From the NCBI RefSeq assembly GCF_000315625.1, contig NW_005434549.1:136004-200003 (forward strand): a DNA stretch of 64,000 bases, written 5' to 3'. The position numbers and the translations under genes were made by a program. Within the stretch, counting starts at the first letter, position 1. Each line of letters begins with the position of its first letter. The notes below the pieces were generated by a model that saw nothing but the letters and a program-made list of their open reading frames with translations, was not told the origin of the DNA and did not search any database. This DNA is from Guillardia theta CCMP2712. Its lineage: Eukaryota; Protista; Cryptophyta. Below are positions 36,484 through 47,835 of this stretch, piece by piece.

Positions 36484-37440
36484 TTACAGATGTATCCATG
36501 CAGAAACAATTCGATTCGTACGGCTGCTCGAAGGTCGTCTGATGATTGTATCCGGCTCCTCCTTGTAAATATTGTTTCTTGTTGCTGTTGCCACGTTCGT
36601 CAAGCTTGCTGTCTCTAGGCCATGACCGCACACTTCTTCTAGATGTGAGTGCAGCTCTGGGAAATCTGGTTGAGAGCCTGACGCACTGTTCGTCAAAACA
36701 ACAAAACCGCTCTGTTGAGCATAACTGAGAAGGTTGTGAAGCTCTTGCTGGTCCTTCTCATGGTGACAAACTTGCGAGGTTTGAGCTTGATGTTCAACTT
36801 CCTTTCTTGTTTCCTCGGGTGCTCCTGAAACGAATGAGGAGAATAAGATGGAGACAATAGGACTGAAAATTGTGGATATCCAATGAACTATGTTGTTCAA
36901 TAGTCGTTTCCATTGAGGATAGACTGTGGTGCTATTTTTGGTGCTGCTCCGAGCAACAGTGCATTTCCACTTGAGGCTGTCTTGTTGTTTCGTCCACTGA
37001 AGTTCTGGTGTGCATGACAGGTTCTCGCGTGGACCTCTCATAGAGACATAATATTCTCCCCATGATATCGACTTGGATTTCTGTCTGGGCTGCAGCCGGC
37101 CAAGAGATCGCTGTTTGACAGGGAGTTCTGGCTTCCTAAACTGACTAGGGCGGGAAGATGAAGATCCTTGTGCATCTAGCTTGAATGATCTTGATTGCAT
37201 GTTCTGATTCTTCTTCGATGCCATCTCTGTGCGGCAATGGTCTCGCTTTCTTGCATCAGCTAGCCAGCAATCAGGGAGGCTCGTCCTTTTCATCCAGCAT
37301 GCTCGGTCGTGCTCTTGACAGCGGTAATTCTCTCCACTGCATGGATCCATGACCGACGATCGAGATGTCTGAGTCATGGCGAAGTCATTTCTTCTGGCGG
37401 GCGCATCTTTGTCGACCTCTGCGCTAGCATACGGCGTCAT
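36484..37440 (-). CDS. Hypothetical protein (318 aa) with one amphipathic/hydrophobic segment
   Basis: Long ATG-started ORF convergent with the MADS gene; segment LLNNIVHWISTIFSPIVSILFSSFV. No domain recognised. Confidence 0.5.
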   Translation of the reverse strand: MTPYASAEVDKDAPARRNDFAMTQTSRSSVMDPCSGENYRCQEHDRACWMKRTSLPDCWLADARKRDHCRTEMASKKNQNMQSRSFKLDAQGSSSSRPSQFRKPELPVKQRSLGRLQPRQKSKSISWGEYYVSMRGPRENLSCTPELQWTKQQDSLKWKCTVARSSTKNSTTVYPQWKRLLNNIVHWISTIFSPIVSILFSSFVSGAPEETRKEVEHQAQTSQVCHHEKDQQELHNLLSYAQQSGFVVLTNSASGSQPDFPELHSHLEEVCGHGLETASLTNVATATRNNIYKEEPDTIIRRPSSSRTNRIVSAWIHL

Positions 37441-38349
37441 TGCGTCCGTGCTCCCACTGCCCGGCGCCTCTTGACTTTTTAGTACCGACCTTATAATTTA
37501 ATATGTGTTTTTGCAAACAAGGAAAATTGTTTTTTTAGATCTAAAATAGTTTTTCCTGGTCGAAAAGATTCATTTCCATGTAGCGATGACTTTAGCCCAT
37601 CCTTACTACGTATTCGACCAGTGTAAGGCCTCCCGTGAGAGTCAAGCTTTCATAGGGGTAGGGTGGCCACATAAGGGGGGTAGTACCCGGTACTCAAGGT
37701 TGTTTATCGTCATCCGCTCGGTCTATTTTTGTTCATGCTTATGGTTATCATTTCACTAGGTCTGTCAATAAGATAAATTGTCTATCCCAATACCCCTGCC
37801 ATTCCACAGGAGCTCCCCGGTGCTCCGAAACGATGGGGGTTCGTTGATGACACAGCAATAAGTTTTAGGTCCACGTTTGTCTGATGACAGCTCTTCGAAA
37901 GTCAAGTCCCCCTCAGAATTGAGAGCGGGCATCATCAAAGGCATCACAACACAACATAGCACATAAATTCGCTGCCTTGAATATAAAGCGTTGCATGTGA
38001 AGGACATCTGCCCTGCGGCAGTTCCAACCAAGAGGTTGAGAAAAAATGTCAAAGCTGCTTTTAGCGAGCTTGAATGACGAAAAGCAAAGAAGTGGGATTA
38101 AAGCTTATGTTGTGTTGAGCTAACAGATTAGATATAACAGGAAGTTCACTTCCTAACAGAAAGGAAGCCTTGAGGAGCAGCATTGGCATGCAAGTCTCAA
38201 GCAACTAGGTTGTTGGAGGCAAGAGAATGCGAGGAGAGCATACAACAAGTGATAGGAGAGAGTCTCAGGCAAAAACATCGAACTCTTTGCTTGACCCTTC
38301 ATGCGTAAGTGTCCTAGCCGTCAGCAGTAATCTGTCGTGCTCGTTGTGT

Positions 38350-39122
38350 TCTAGTGAACGCAGCAGTGATTGCTCTGGTGCACTCTCTGACTCCCGAAGA
38401 TTGTATACACAACATCGTAGAATATGCTCAGGGCAACGTTAGCAGTTGGCCAGTTGTATTTCCGGCGTGTTGATTCTTAAAGCTTAAAAAAAGATGACCT
38501 TGACGGTTTTCAAGGTTTATGGCTAGAATAAACCAACAAAACCAGGTGACACCAACATCCTGGAAGTGACTGCAAGTTTTCATAGCATCTTGAGCTCTAG
38601 ATGACATCGAATCTCATCGGCATCTTGAATTGCTTCAGGTGATCAATGGCCACTTGAAAACCAGTTTCCTTCGTGACAATTATGGTGTCACCATCTGCAT
38701 CACTTATATCCGAAGACCATCACTTCTCGTGCTCATTGCCAGTATCAAGTTCTACCTGTAAGGAATCTTCATCTTCTGAGGAAGGTATCTTCTGAGGGTG
38801 GTTTGGTCCAGCCAACCCTCTCCTTGCAATGAATGCACGCTTTCTACCAACAGCACACGTCACAACAGATTCAGGGGCATCACTCAAACCAATCATACAT
38901 CTTCTCATACGCGGACCATCCTCGAGATTTGGCGCACTGAGTCAACAAATCAATACAAACAAAAACTCTACAGATCAAGTGCTTTGAAACATGATCGATC
39001 ACTTACATTCTGTGAGTGTCCCAATGCATGTTGAAATCAAAACAAGGTCAGATCAGCAGGAAGATATGTGATGGTGTCAATCTCTTACGCAGCACTAGTG
39101 GATCCATACCAGATGTTGCCAT
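38350..39122 (-). CDS. Small multi-exon PB1-like domain protein
   Basis: Splicing GT at ~38755 to AG at ~38703 gives KMKIPYS|DADGDTIIVTKETGFQVAIDHL, the acidic OPCA-type PB1 motif (Y.D.DGD.I.I). Putative ATG 39122. 3' end uncertain. Confidence 0.45.
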
Positions 39123-39719
39123 TCGTTGATCAAGACATACCAGAAAATTCAAAATGAATGTCACTCCCTACCGACCGCATCTTTCAATCGCTCTCAGAGT
39201 CATGTATTGACCGTGGATCACCGGATGGATAAAATCCGGTGAAACATTTTTGTTTTAAATTATGGAAGCTTCATCTAGTTGCAATTTTTACTCAAAGTTA
39301 AGTTGCAATTCATTCTGAGTGATACTGGCCTGAGTCGCCGGGCGACTTCCGATCACACCGGGGCCCGCTCAGTTCCCTCCCCTCAGGCCCCCGCCCCCCG
39401 AAAAAAAAAGAATTGACTAGCCGCAAGCCATGCTGCCAATGGTCGCTTCTGAGGGAGCAGCGCTGTGAGGGGGCAGCGCTTCCATGGCGGCAGGCCCGTA
39501 TCACTTCTGCACACAGTAGGCCGCGCCTCAGGCCCTCCGCTCATCATCGACGGTGAGGCGTCAACCAGGCTACTGAGCCTCGAAGCCACACTGACTGACT
39601 CTGAGATGTACCTGGCGTAGTACGGTTGCCGGATCATATCAAAAGTTTAGAGGTGATCATTTTCCAACCTAAAACGGCAAACTTTCGACTTGGTCGCTTG
39701 CTGTAAGAAAAGGTGTAAG

Positions 39720-42700
39720 ATGAGCTCGGACAAGATAGGAGGCTACCTCAACGATCTTTCAAAGGTCCGTCCGACCCCCCGCATGATCCAGAGGGTTCGG
39801 TCGAGCTTCAGGAAGTCGAAGCAAAGGTCCAACAAGGCTGCCAAGGCAGCGGCTGAGATGCTGGCGATGGACTTACGGGATCAGAGGCTCATCAGGGGGA
39901 TCAACGGAAGGATGAGCTCAATGCAGACCTACACTACGATCGTGGCGGTAGTCTCCATCTTCCTGGGGATAATGACGAATGAGCTGTGTGTTGCGGGAGA
40001 ATATCGACTGTATCACACCAACGAGCAATTTGTGGAGGAGATGAGTAAGGAGAGGTGTAACCATGCAAACGCTGTGGAGGCTTGTAAGTTCATCCAGACA
40101 TTCCTGACCATCTGTCTACTTTCTTTGATTGTCCTCCAATTCCGACTCGGAATTCAGCTGGGGAAAGCAAAGCAAGGACTGGTTGACCGCAAGCACAAGG
40201 AGACACGGAATGAAGGGAGCGACATTCAGTTCGTGACGTGGCGTATGAGGATGAAACTAGCTAGCGAGCTCATTCTATGCAGCATCCACACGGTGAGATC
40301 TCTTGATCGGATCTTTGCTGAGAGGTTTTGTTGTCTCATTCGAGTTGTTGATATCAGTTGCCGTTGATCAACAACAGCATCAGGGTCGAAATGCTCGGTC
40401 AGAGAGTTTACTATCGCATCGATTCGCTCCTGTGCGCCATCCAGCTGCTGCGGGTGTACCATGTGTTCAGAGCGATGAAGTTGACAGTCTTCTACAAGTG
40501 CGTGCGAACTTGATTGATGGCTGGGAGTCACTCATCTTGCAGATATTTCAATATGGAAGAGAGCTTCATGCTGAGGGACGAACAAACTCTCAAGATGCTG
40601 CAAGACAGTCAGACGAGGTTTGGAATCTTGTCGTTTAAGGTCACCTGTGTTCTAGAGGCTACAACTGCTTCTGTTTATTCTCCTTCAGGTTGCAATTTCC
40701 AGGCATCCATTTGCGATGATATCGACGGGTCAGAACCTTGTTGTTGACTATATTTCACCTCTATCTACCATTCAAAGAACTAGATTTCCTTCGCACCCCC
40801 TGCCTCTGGATGCATGGATTTCTATCTTGTCTTCCTCCTTGCTCGCACCTCTCTCCCTTCCTTCTTCCCTCCCTCTTTCCCTCCCTCTCTTTCTCTGTCT
40901 CTCTCTGTCTCTCTCTGTCTCTCTGTCTGTCTCTCTCTCTCCTCTCCGCCATCTGCTTGCCTCTAGTCTGAACCTCTATCAGGTGCTTTCTTCATGATAT
41001 GCGTTGTGACCTATCTCTTCCGAATCGCTGAGGTGAGCACAACGATTTCTTTGCTTCGCGCTGATTTCCTTGCGTCCAAGGGCCCTGCCAATCAGCCTCA
41101 TTCAGCATATATCTGGGATCAGGTGCAGGCTGGCTCTTGCTTCAAGAATTCCTCTCACTATCCATCGACAGCTTTGGTTCATATTCGTCACTTTGACAAC
41201 TACAGGTTGCCCAATCTTGATTGTGACATGATAACAGCATAATAAGATATACAGGATATGGAGATCTGTCTCCTGTTACACATCTCGGCAGATTTGCAGC
41301 TGTTTGCACCATGGGAGTTGGTCCGATCATCGTTGCCTTCATGACTGGTCAAGTTCAAGCTTTCACGTGTTGTTGAGATGCTGAAATTACAGTCTCAGCT
41401 TCCATCACAAGGACTTTGAGCCTGAGCACCTTCGAGTCGTATATGATGTACAAGATGGTGATGGTGTCATGACTGTCGTCGGATGGTACGCTGACAGAGA
41501 TGTGTCGAAACAGGACTGCAATCATCTTCGTTTCAAGGTGAATCCACGTGAATGCTCACGAAGACTCCCTTGCATCCTTCATGTTTGCCTCCTCGTTACT
41601 TTTTTGTACCATTCATTTCACTTCTACCTTCTCCTCATGGCATCTCACCGTTTTCCTGGTTCATCCTTGCAGGTTCTCGAGTCAGCTGCTCGCATACTTC
41701 AGTTTTGGTGGAGGGCCAAGAAGCTGAGAGACTTCGAGGTCCATGGGAACCATTACTGGCGGAACAGGTCGCAACGACGATCGAGCATCTCAGCTCAAGC
41801 TCACATGGAGCAGAAGAGAATCGAAATTTACCGGTCTCAACTCAAACGCTCCTGCACAAGTCCCGCGATGTTCTGATAGTCATGGGAGCATCTAACTGTC
41901 GTCTCGTGGAGTCTTGTTTCTTGTTTGCTTTTCTCTTGACTGTGTTGATCTACTACTCTTGACTGTGTTGATCTACTACTCTTGACTGTGTTGATCTACT
42001 ACTCTTGACTGTGTTGATCTACTACTCTTGACTATGTTGATCTACTACTCTTGACTGTGTAGATCTACTACCCTTGACTGTGTTGATCTACTACTCTTGA
42101 CTGTGTTGAATCTACTACTCTTGACTGTGTTGATCTACTACTCTTGACTGTGTTGATCTACTACTCTTGACTGTGTTGATCTACTATGTTTGTTGGCTGC
42201 TCCTTGTTTCTTTCTTGCTTCTCAGTTTCATTGTGAGTGTGCAAGTTTCTGACACACATCCTCCACGTAGCTCCTTCTACCTCGCCATCGGAAATCTCAA
42301 GAGGTTTCACGAGCAGCACAACAACAACGTCCATCACCATGCCGACGTCTCAGATCAACAATCAGGCCAGAAGTTCGTTCCTGCAATGAAGAAGGCGAGG
42401 GCACCCTGCAACTTGCAACTCCCACCAAGAGATGAAGAGACGAAGAGGGAGAGGCTGCCGCACGCCGATGTTGACATCAAGAGGCTGTTGAACTTGATCA
42501 TCGAAGTCAAGGACGGCATGGAGACAATGCAGGTACATCTCCTTCGTATGATCGACCTGCAGCTCACCTGCCCCTTTAACGATTCTATCTCCCTCCCCTC
42601 AAAACATCCTTCTCCTCTCCTATTCTCTTCCTCTCCTCCTTTCCCCTCCTCCTCTCCTCCTCTCCTCCTCTCCTCCTCTCCTCCTCTCCTCCTCTCCTCC

Positions 42701-43245
42701 TCTCCTCCTCTCCTCCTCCTCCTCTCCTCCAGGACGAGATGCAGTCGCTGCGAGAAAAAGTGGACCTCCTCCTCTTGAACCAGCCAACTGCCCACCGTGC
42801 CACCGCCGACTCCTCCTCCTCCTTCCTGCAACCTACTCATACCGCCTCACTGCAGTCCTCCGCGACCGAGGACGACAGGGTAATCCAGACACTGGGGAGG
42901 AGGTACGCGAGGGAGTATCACGATCTGAAGCCTGCAATCTCCCTACCACCACGTGGACGCTCCCTACCACCACGTGGACGCTCCTCTGTATCAGCTCGAA
43001 CTGAGCTGGGGGTTGATGGAAACTCGGGCAGTTTCCTGCTCAACAGAGACAACGACGTTGTGCTCTACAGGCACGCGATGAGGGAGCGAGACTGGAGGGC
43101 AGGCAGCGAGCCAGTGGAGACTTCCTCTAAGATGTCCTCGGAGCAAGAGGACCCTGGAAGGAGACTGGAAGACAGGAGGCCGCGGGCAAGCTCTGAACCT
43201 CCTACCTCCAACCTCGTGCACTGGGAAAGAAAGTTTGACAGGTAA
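39720..43245 (+). CDS. Small/intermediate-conductance Ca2+-activated K+ channel-like protein (SK/KCNN family)
   Basis: S1 TIVAVVSIFLGIMTNEL; S2 ACKFIQTFLTICLLSLIVLQF; S3 LASELILCSIHT. Pore LWFIFVTLTTT|GYGDLSPVTHLGR (exons 41172-41205, 41255-41347). CaM-binding-like VLESAARILQFWWRAKK. An extra terminal exon to ~43693 is possible. Confidence 0.85.
41933..42186 (+). repeat. Intronic 23-bp minisatellite, 11 copies
   Basis: ctcttgactgtgttgatctacta repeated with a few substitutions and one 1-bp insertion. Confidence 0.95.
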
Positions 43246-44294
43246 GGAGTCAAAGTTCGTGGACTCGGGAAAACGAGGGAGAGGGAACATGCCAATGGAC
43301 AGGGAAAGGGTGTGTGTGGATGAATAGGAGGGAAGGAATGAGGAGGGGGATGACGAGGACAAGGATAAGGACGAGGAGCAGGGAGAAGAGGGAGGAGGGA
43401 GGAGGGAGGAGGGAGGAGGGAGGAGGGGGGGCTGGAGTTCAAGTAGACGGAGAGAGCAAGCTGGCAAGTGAAGGAGGAAACAAGGGAGTAGTAGGGTGCG
43501 AAGGCTCTGGAAAAGTAGAACACGTCAAGAGAAGATAAAGCAGAGCGCCGCGTATCACGATGATAAGATTCAAAGGAGAGATTCAGCAGCACTCAAGAAG
43601 TTTCAACCTGAAGAAAGCTTGTTTCACTTACCCATCGTTCTTCTTGCAGCACGAAATCGAAGTATGTTTGGAAGACGTCTACAAGGAGTTATGATACCTG
43701 AACATTGTTAGCCGGTTGTGAACGTGTAGAATGTTGACAGTAGAATTTACGAATTCATAGTACTGTTTTGTGTTTCAATGCATTCCTTTGCGTCCTGGCA
43801 CTTTATCTTTGCACAGATTTCGGCCTGAAGTCATGCAGTAGATGTTCTTGGATTTGAACCAAAAGGTCTTTAATCTCAACTTGCACAAGATAACAAACGT
43901 ATCATTCAGGAATCATTACAGAAATCATTGAAGCTGCTGTAAGGATGCTGCTTTCATCTGCCCACCAAGAACCCTGATCTGAAGCAAGAGTTGCAATATC
44001 TTCTACGGATCTGACATGTCACATCACAAGCGTTCATCTCTGAGGACGAACAACCACAAACTGCATGTCAGATGCTAGCGTTACACGCGCGATTCCTTGG
44101 AAGCTTCTGAAAGCATAGGAGACTGCATTTGCTTTGTAAATGTGAGGAATCGCGTCATCAGGGCTCAACTCAGCATGTCGTCTCAGACATCTGAGATACA
44201 CTCAAGTTGTATCCATTGAGATACGTGCATATCCCACCATGCACTGACACTCTCCTTCGTCCATGGAATGGAACAGTGAAATACATTTAAACCT

Positions 44295-44618
44295 TCACGG
44301 CGCGAATACGTTGAATCCATACACCCGGTTGATGATTACAACCATCCCTATCCATGCGAAGTTGATAAGGATAAAGCCAAATATTCCATAGAAGTACAGC
44401 TCAGAGAATTTCTGAGTAATGCTCGGTTGCCTTTCACTGTCCGCACTCGTTTCAACCTCTTCACTGTGTGCGCTTGCAACTGCTTGTAACTCAGTCTCGT
44501 TCAGACCGAGGTTGAGGTCGATATCAAACTCTTGCGTGCCCAGCAGCGCATGATCTATGGACACCCTCATTGTCGGCAGCCGCGCCATTGAAGCGTCTGC
44601 GTCCTCGGCTTCTGCCAT
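44295..44618 (-). CDS. Small C-terminally anchored membrane protein (107 aa), paralog of 45931-46320
   Basis: Contains RVSIDHALLGTQEFDIDL and TM LYFYGIFGFILINFAWIGMVVII; both motifs are shared with the neighbouring ORF. Confidence 0.65.
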   Translation of the reverse strand: MAEAEDADASMARLPTMRVSIDHALLGTQEFDIDLNLGLNETELQAVASAHSEEVETSADSERQPSITQKFSELYFYGIFGFILINFAWIGMVVIINRVYGFNVFAP

Positions 44619-45181
44619 ATCCTTCTGCGTCGCCTGGAAGGGAATAATTAAAAAAAGGAATTTATATCAAAATTAAAATATATTTAGCGATCTCATGGTC
44701 AAGGAACTTAATATGAACAATACTCTTTTCGATCGATCTTGTCTCCAAAACACACTGTTTAAGAAATGCTGACGTGTTTCGAAGGGTCGCAAGCCCTATC
44801 TGCTGAGGCGAGCTTGAGATCGACAAGTTCAAGAGGGCAAAAAGGTCGGAGAATTGCGACGCTACTTGCTGGACCGGTCCTACAAGCGTTCAAACAGGGG
44901 GTAGTACGTGACCCTACAGTTATGGCAAGCGGCGTCCGGCGGGCCGCTGTTACTAGCGCCCCTCCGTACTCAGTGCCACGGTGTGCGCCGGGTGTGAGGC
45001 TTACGTACTCGGAGGCTCAGTATCCCATAGCCTGGGCCGCGCCTGACTCTGTGAGAGTCGAGTCGCTCAGTGACGGTGAGTGGCGTCACTGAGTGGGGGC
45101 CCTGAGGCACGCTGATCGGACCGGCGGGCGCCGTGGGCGCGGCCATGCCCCGCGGCCACGGTGGACACTGTTCAATTTACG

Positions 45182-45466
45182 GTTGTCCTGCAGGAGGCCC
45201 TGGATCAGCTCTTTAAGCGCTTCCCCCTGGTCGGGGTCGAGAGCGAACACTTTGGCAACAGCATGCGCTGCTGCCTTGCGGACGTAGGGCGAGCTGTCGC
45301 GGACACACTGCTTGATCGCCATCACCTGCAGCTGAGCGATGAGGGCGACGCGGATGCTCGTCATGACGTGCAGCGCAGAGGAGCGGATGAGCTGGTTGGT
45401 GTCGGACAAGTCCTTCTGGAAGGTGTTGATGGTGAGGAGAGCCTCGTTGGACTTGAGCTCAGCGTA
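45182..45466 (-). pseudogene. Inverted 285-bp copy of AP-3 beta coding segment 48067-48351
   Basis: The reverse complement matches 48067-48351 colinearly with 4 substitutions seen by eye (including ALRVM to ALHVM). It has no start or stop of its own. Confidence 0.93.
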
Positions 45467-45930
45467 TTGGAGGGTGTGGGCACGACAGCGGCACTGCGGG
45501 AGCCTTGCGATGATGAGGGTTGGTTCTCTCTGTCTTTTCTTTCACCAGTATACGGGCAGTGCGACACTGATTGTAGTCAGGTTCAAGCCACCTCGACTCT
45601 CCTGATACCGTTGGTACTCGAGTTGTGATAGTTTGCCAGACTGAGCTTCAATCCCTTAGGCTGTTTACGCAGTTCCGACATCGAACATGCCATACTGGTA
45701 TGGCGATGACATGGCAAGTGATAAGTACAAAACATCAGTTTTCATGTTTCGCAGGTCTTCGCCCTGATCAGCGATGGCTGTGAATCATTCTGTGCAATCT
45801 GTCCCCAAAACTTGAAAACCACGGCTCAGTGGAGCGATGGTTGTGAGCATATTCGATGACATGCCTTTTTTGAATGACAAGAAAGCAAGAGGAGAAAAGA
45901 CATTTAATTTTGATAATAATGTTGTTTATA

Positions 45931-46320
45931 TCATCTTACGCTCAAGAACATAATCAATGCCATCCACACAAAATTAATTAATGCCATTCCTCCCACCAAA
46001 TATGTTGTCCCCATTGTCCAGGTTGGATCATCTACTGGAATGTCATTCTCAACAACAATGGTCTGGCCTTCAGATCCTGAAAACGCAGCCATTTCCTCTT
46101 CCTTCGTGTACTCAATAGGGATCTCGACTTCAATTTCCTGCCAGCCGTACAGGGCATGCTCAACCATAGCACGGATACACTTGGTTTCGCAGCATCTTTT
46201 TGAGAGGCGGCGTGTTGATCTGAAGGAACAGGAGCTCACAAGTCTTTGCTGGGCAGGTTCAGAGCAAACAGTATCAGCTTCTTCGATATGCGCAGCAGCA
46301 GGTTGAACGGTTGTTGCCAT
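45931..46320 (-). CDS. Small C-terminally anchored membrane protein (129 aa), paralog of 44295-44618
   Basis: Contains RAMVEHALYGWQEIEVEI and TM YLVGGMALINFVWMALIMFL. Confidence 0.65.
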   Translation of the reverse strand: MATTVQPAAAHIEEADTVCSEPAQQRLVSSCSFRSTRRLSKRCCETKCIRAMVEHALYGWQEIEVEIPIEYTKEEEMAAFSGSEGQTIVVENDIPVDDPTWTMGTTYLVGGMALINFVWMALIMFLSVR

Positions 46321-47835
46321 TGTGTAATCGTGGGTGCTGGCTAGCGTGTTGCGATTGCGAAGGCTTTTATGGCCTGCTGTAGTAAAAACACCCTTTTGGG
46401 GATTAGAGGAAGAGCTTACAGGATGGTTGTAAGCCCTGCAGACGTCGGTTTGTCATCATTGGCACGGTACGAGAATGCTGACACAAGTAGCAACGTTTGC
46501 AACCAAACGTTGCTTGTTGAAGACGTCGTTTATCATGATCAGTGTCAGCAGATGCCCATGAGCCTGAACGGAACATGCTCGCCTCCGAATGGTATATAGT
46601 AACAGCACGAAGGCAGCAAATATCTTCATAGCAATTAGTTAGAGTTTGAATTGAGCTTTTTGCGGCAGCTCCCAACAACAGACGGTCACGGGATCACCCT
46701 TGCTGTCACGAGGTCAAGAGTCTCGGCTCACGGCCGAATCACGCACTAGTGTGACCGTACAGTCAGTCACGGCACAATCTCAGTGATAGCAGGGCCCACC
46801 GGGCCCGGGCCCGGGCGGCAGCCGCGGGCCGGACCCGGACGGTTACACGAATCCAAACTGTTTGAGAATTCGTAACCGGTCGGTGCTTCGTCACTCGGGC
46901 AGCGCCTGTGCATGCAGCGCAGCTGAGCGGTGAGTGAAGAGAGGAAGAGAAGGGGGGGGTGGAGGGAGGACAGGAGGACAGGAGGACAGGAGGGCATGAG
47001 GACAGGAGGACAGGAGGACAGGAGGACAGGAGGACAGGAGGACAGGAGGACAGGAGGACAGGAGAAGACCGAGGAGGAGGAGAGAAGACGAGGAGTGGAG
47101 GAGAAGACGAGGAGTGGAGGAGAGGAGGAGAGGAGAGAAGGAGAGAAGGAGAGGAGGAGGAGAGGGGGGAAGGTAAGGAGGGGGAGAGGAAGAGAGGAAA
47201 GGAAAGGAGAGTATAAGTGGAGCAATTGAGGGGACATGAATATTGACAGATATGAGAGAGGATGAATGAAGCGAAGGGGTTTGGAGGATACTTGCAGGAT
47301 GCTTAGCAGAAGAATATTTAGAAGTGCAAAGACGAATGTTGAGGAGAGGGGAAATATGGTGGGGAGCTCATCAGGTGAGAGAGGTAAAGGTTCGAGTAAA
47401 GTCGCAGATGAGATGCGGAGAGTGTATAAGGAGCTGATGTGAACGGCCCTGCTTGTTGCACAAGCATCAACTCTTGCTCCTGCTCCTCGGGGACATCATC
47501 GGCCTCGTTCAAGAGATGCAAAGAGTGATGAGAACAGCAGATCAACAAGGGGAAGAATGTTTTAGTGAGTGAGCAGAAGAGGAGGGGAAACAGTAAGCAA
47601 GCTAGAACATCTTTTTCATTCCCGTATCCTAAGTTCTCTAGCTCTGTGCAAGTATCATTCTGTAGCTGCTGGTATCCTTAGTGTCATCTGGGTAGGATTG
47701 CGGTTGTTGTGCGATTGCAGATCACTTTGAGTTTTTAGACGGCCGTGTCCTCCTCTCATATTTGGATCTTGCAGGCTGGTCGTGTGCTGCTGGAGGCTGT
47801 AGAGCTTTAGAGGGTCGGCGGAAAAGTTTTTCACA

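Noticed and set aside
41933-42186. Possible CRISPR array or coding repeat
   Set aside because: No spacers; a 23-bp period breaks the reading frame; it lies in an intron.
44860-45170. Helitron 3' terminus at the hairpin beside the AP3B fragment
   Set aside because: No correctly spaced CTRR end or TC start could be identified.
45086-45409. 107-aa adaptin-like ORF as an independent gene
   Set aside because: Starts at a non-ATG codon inside the duplicated fragment and runs into GC-island sequence; treated as a pseudogenic fragment.
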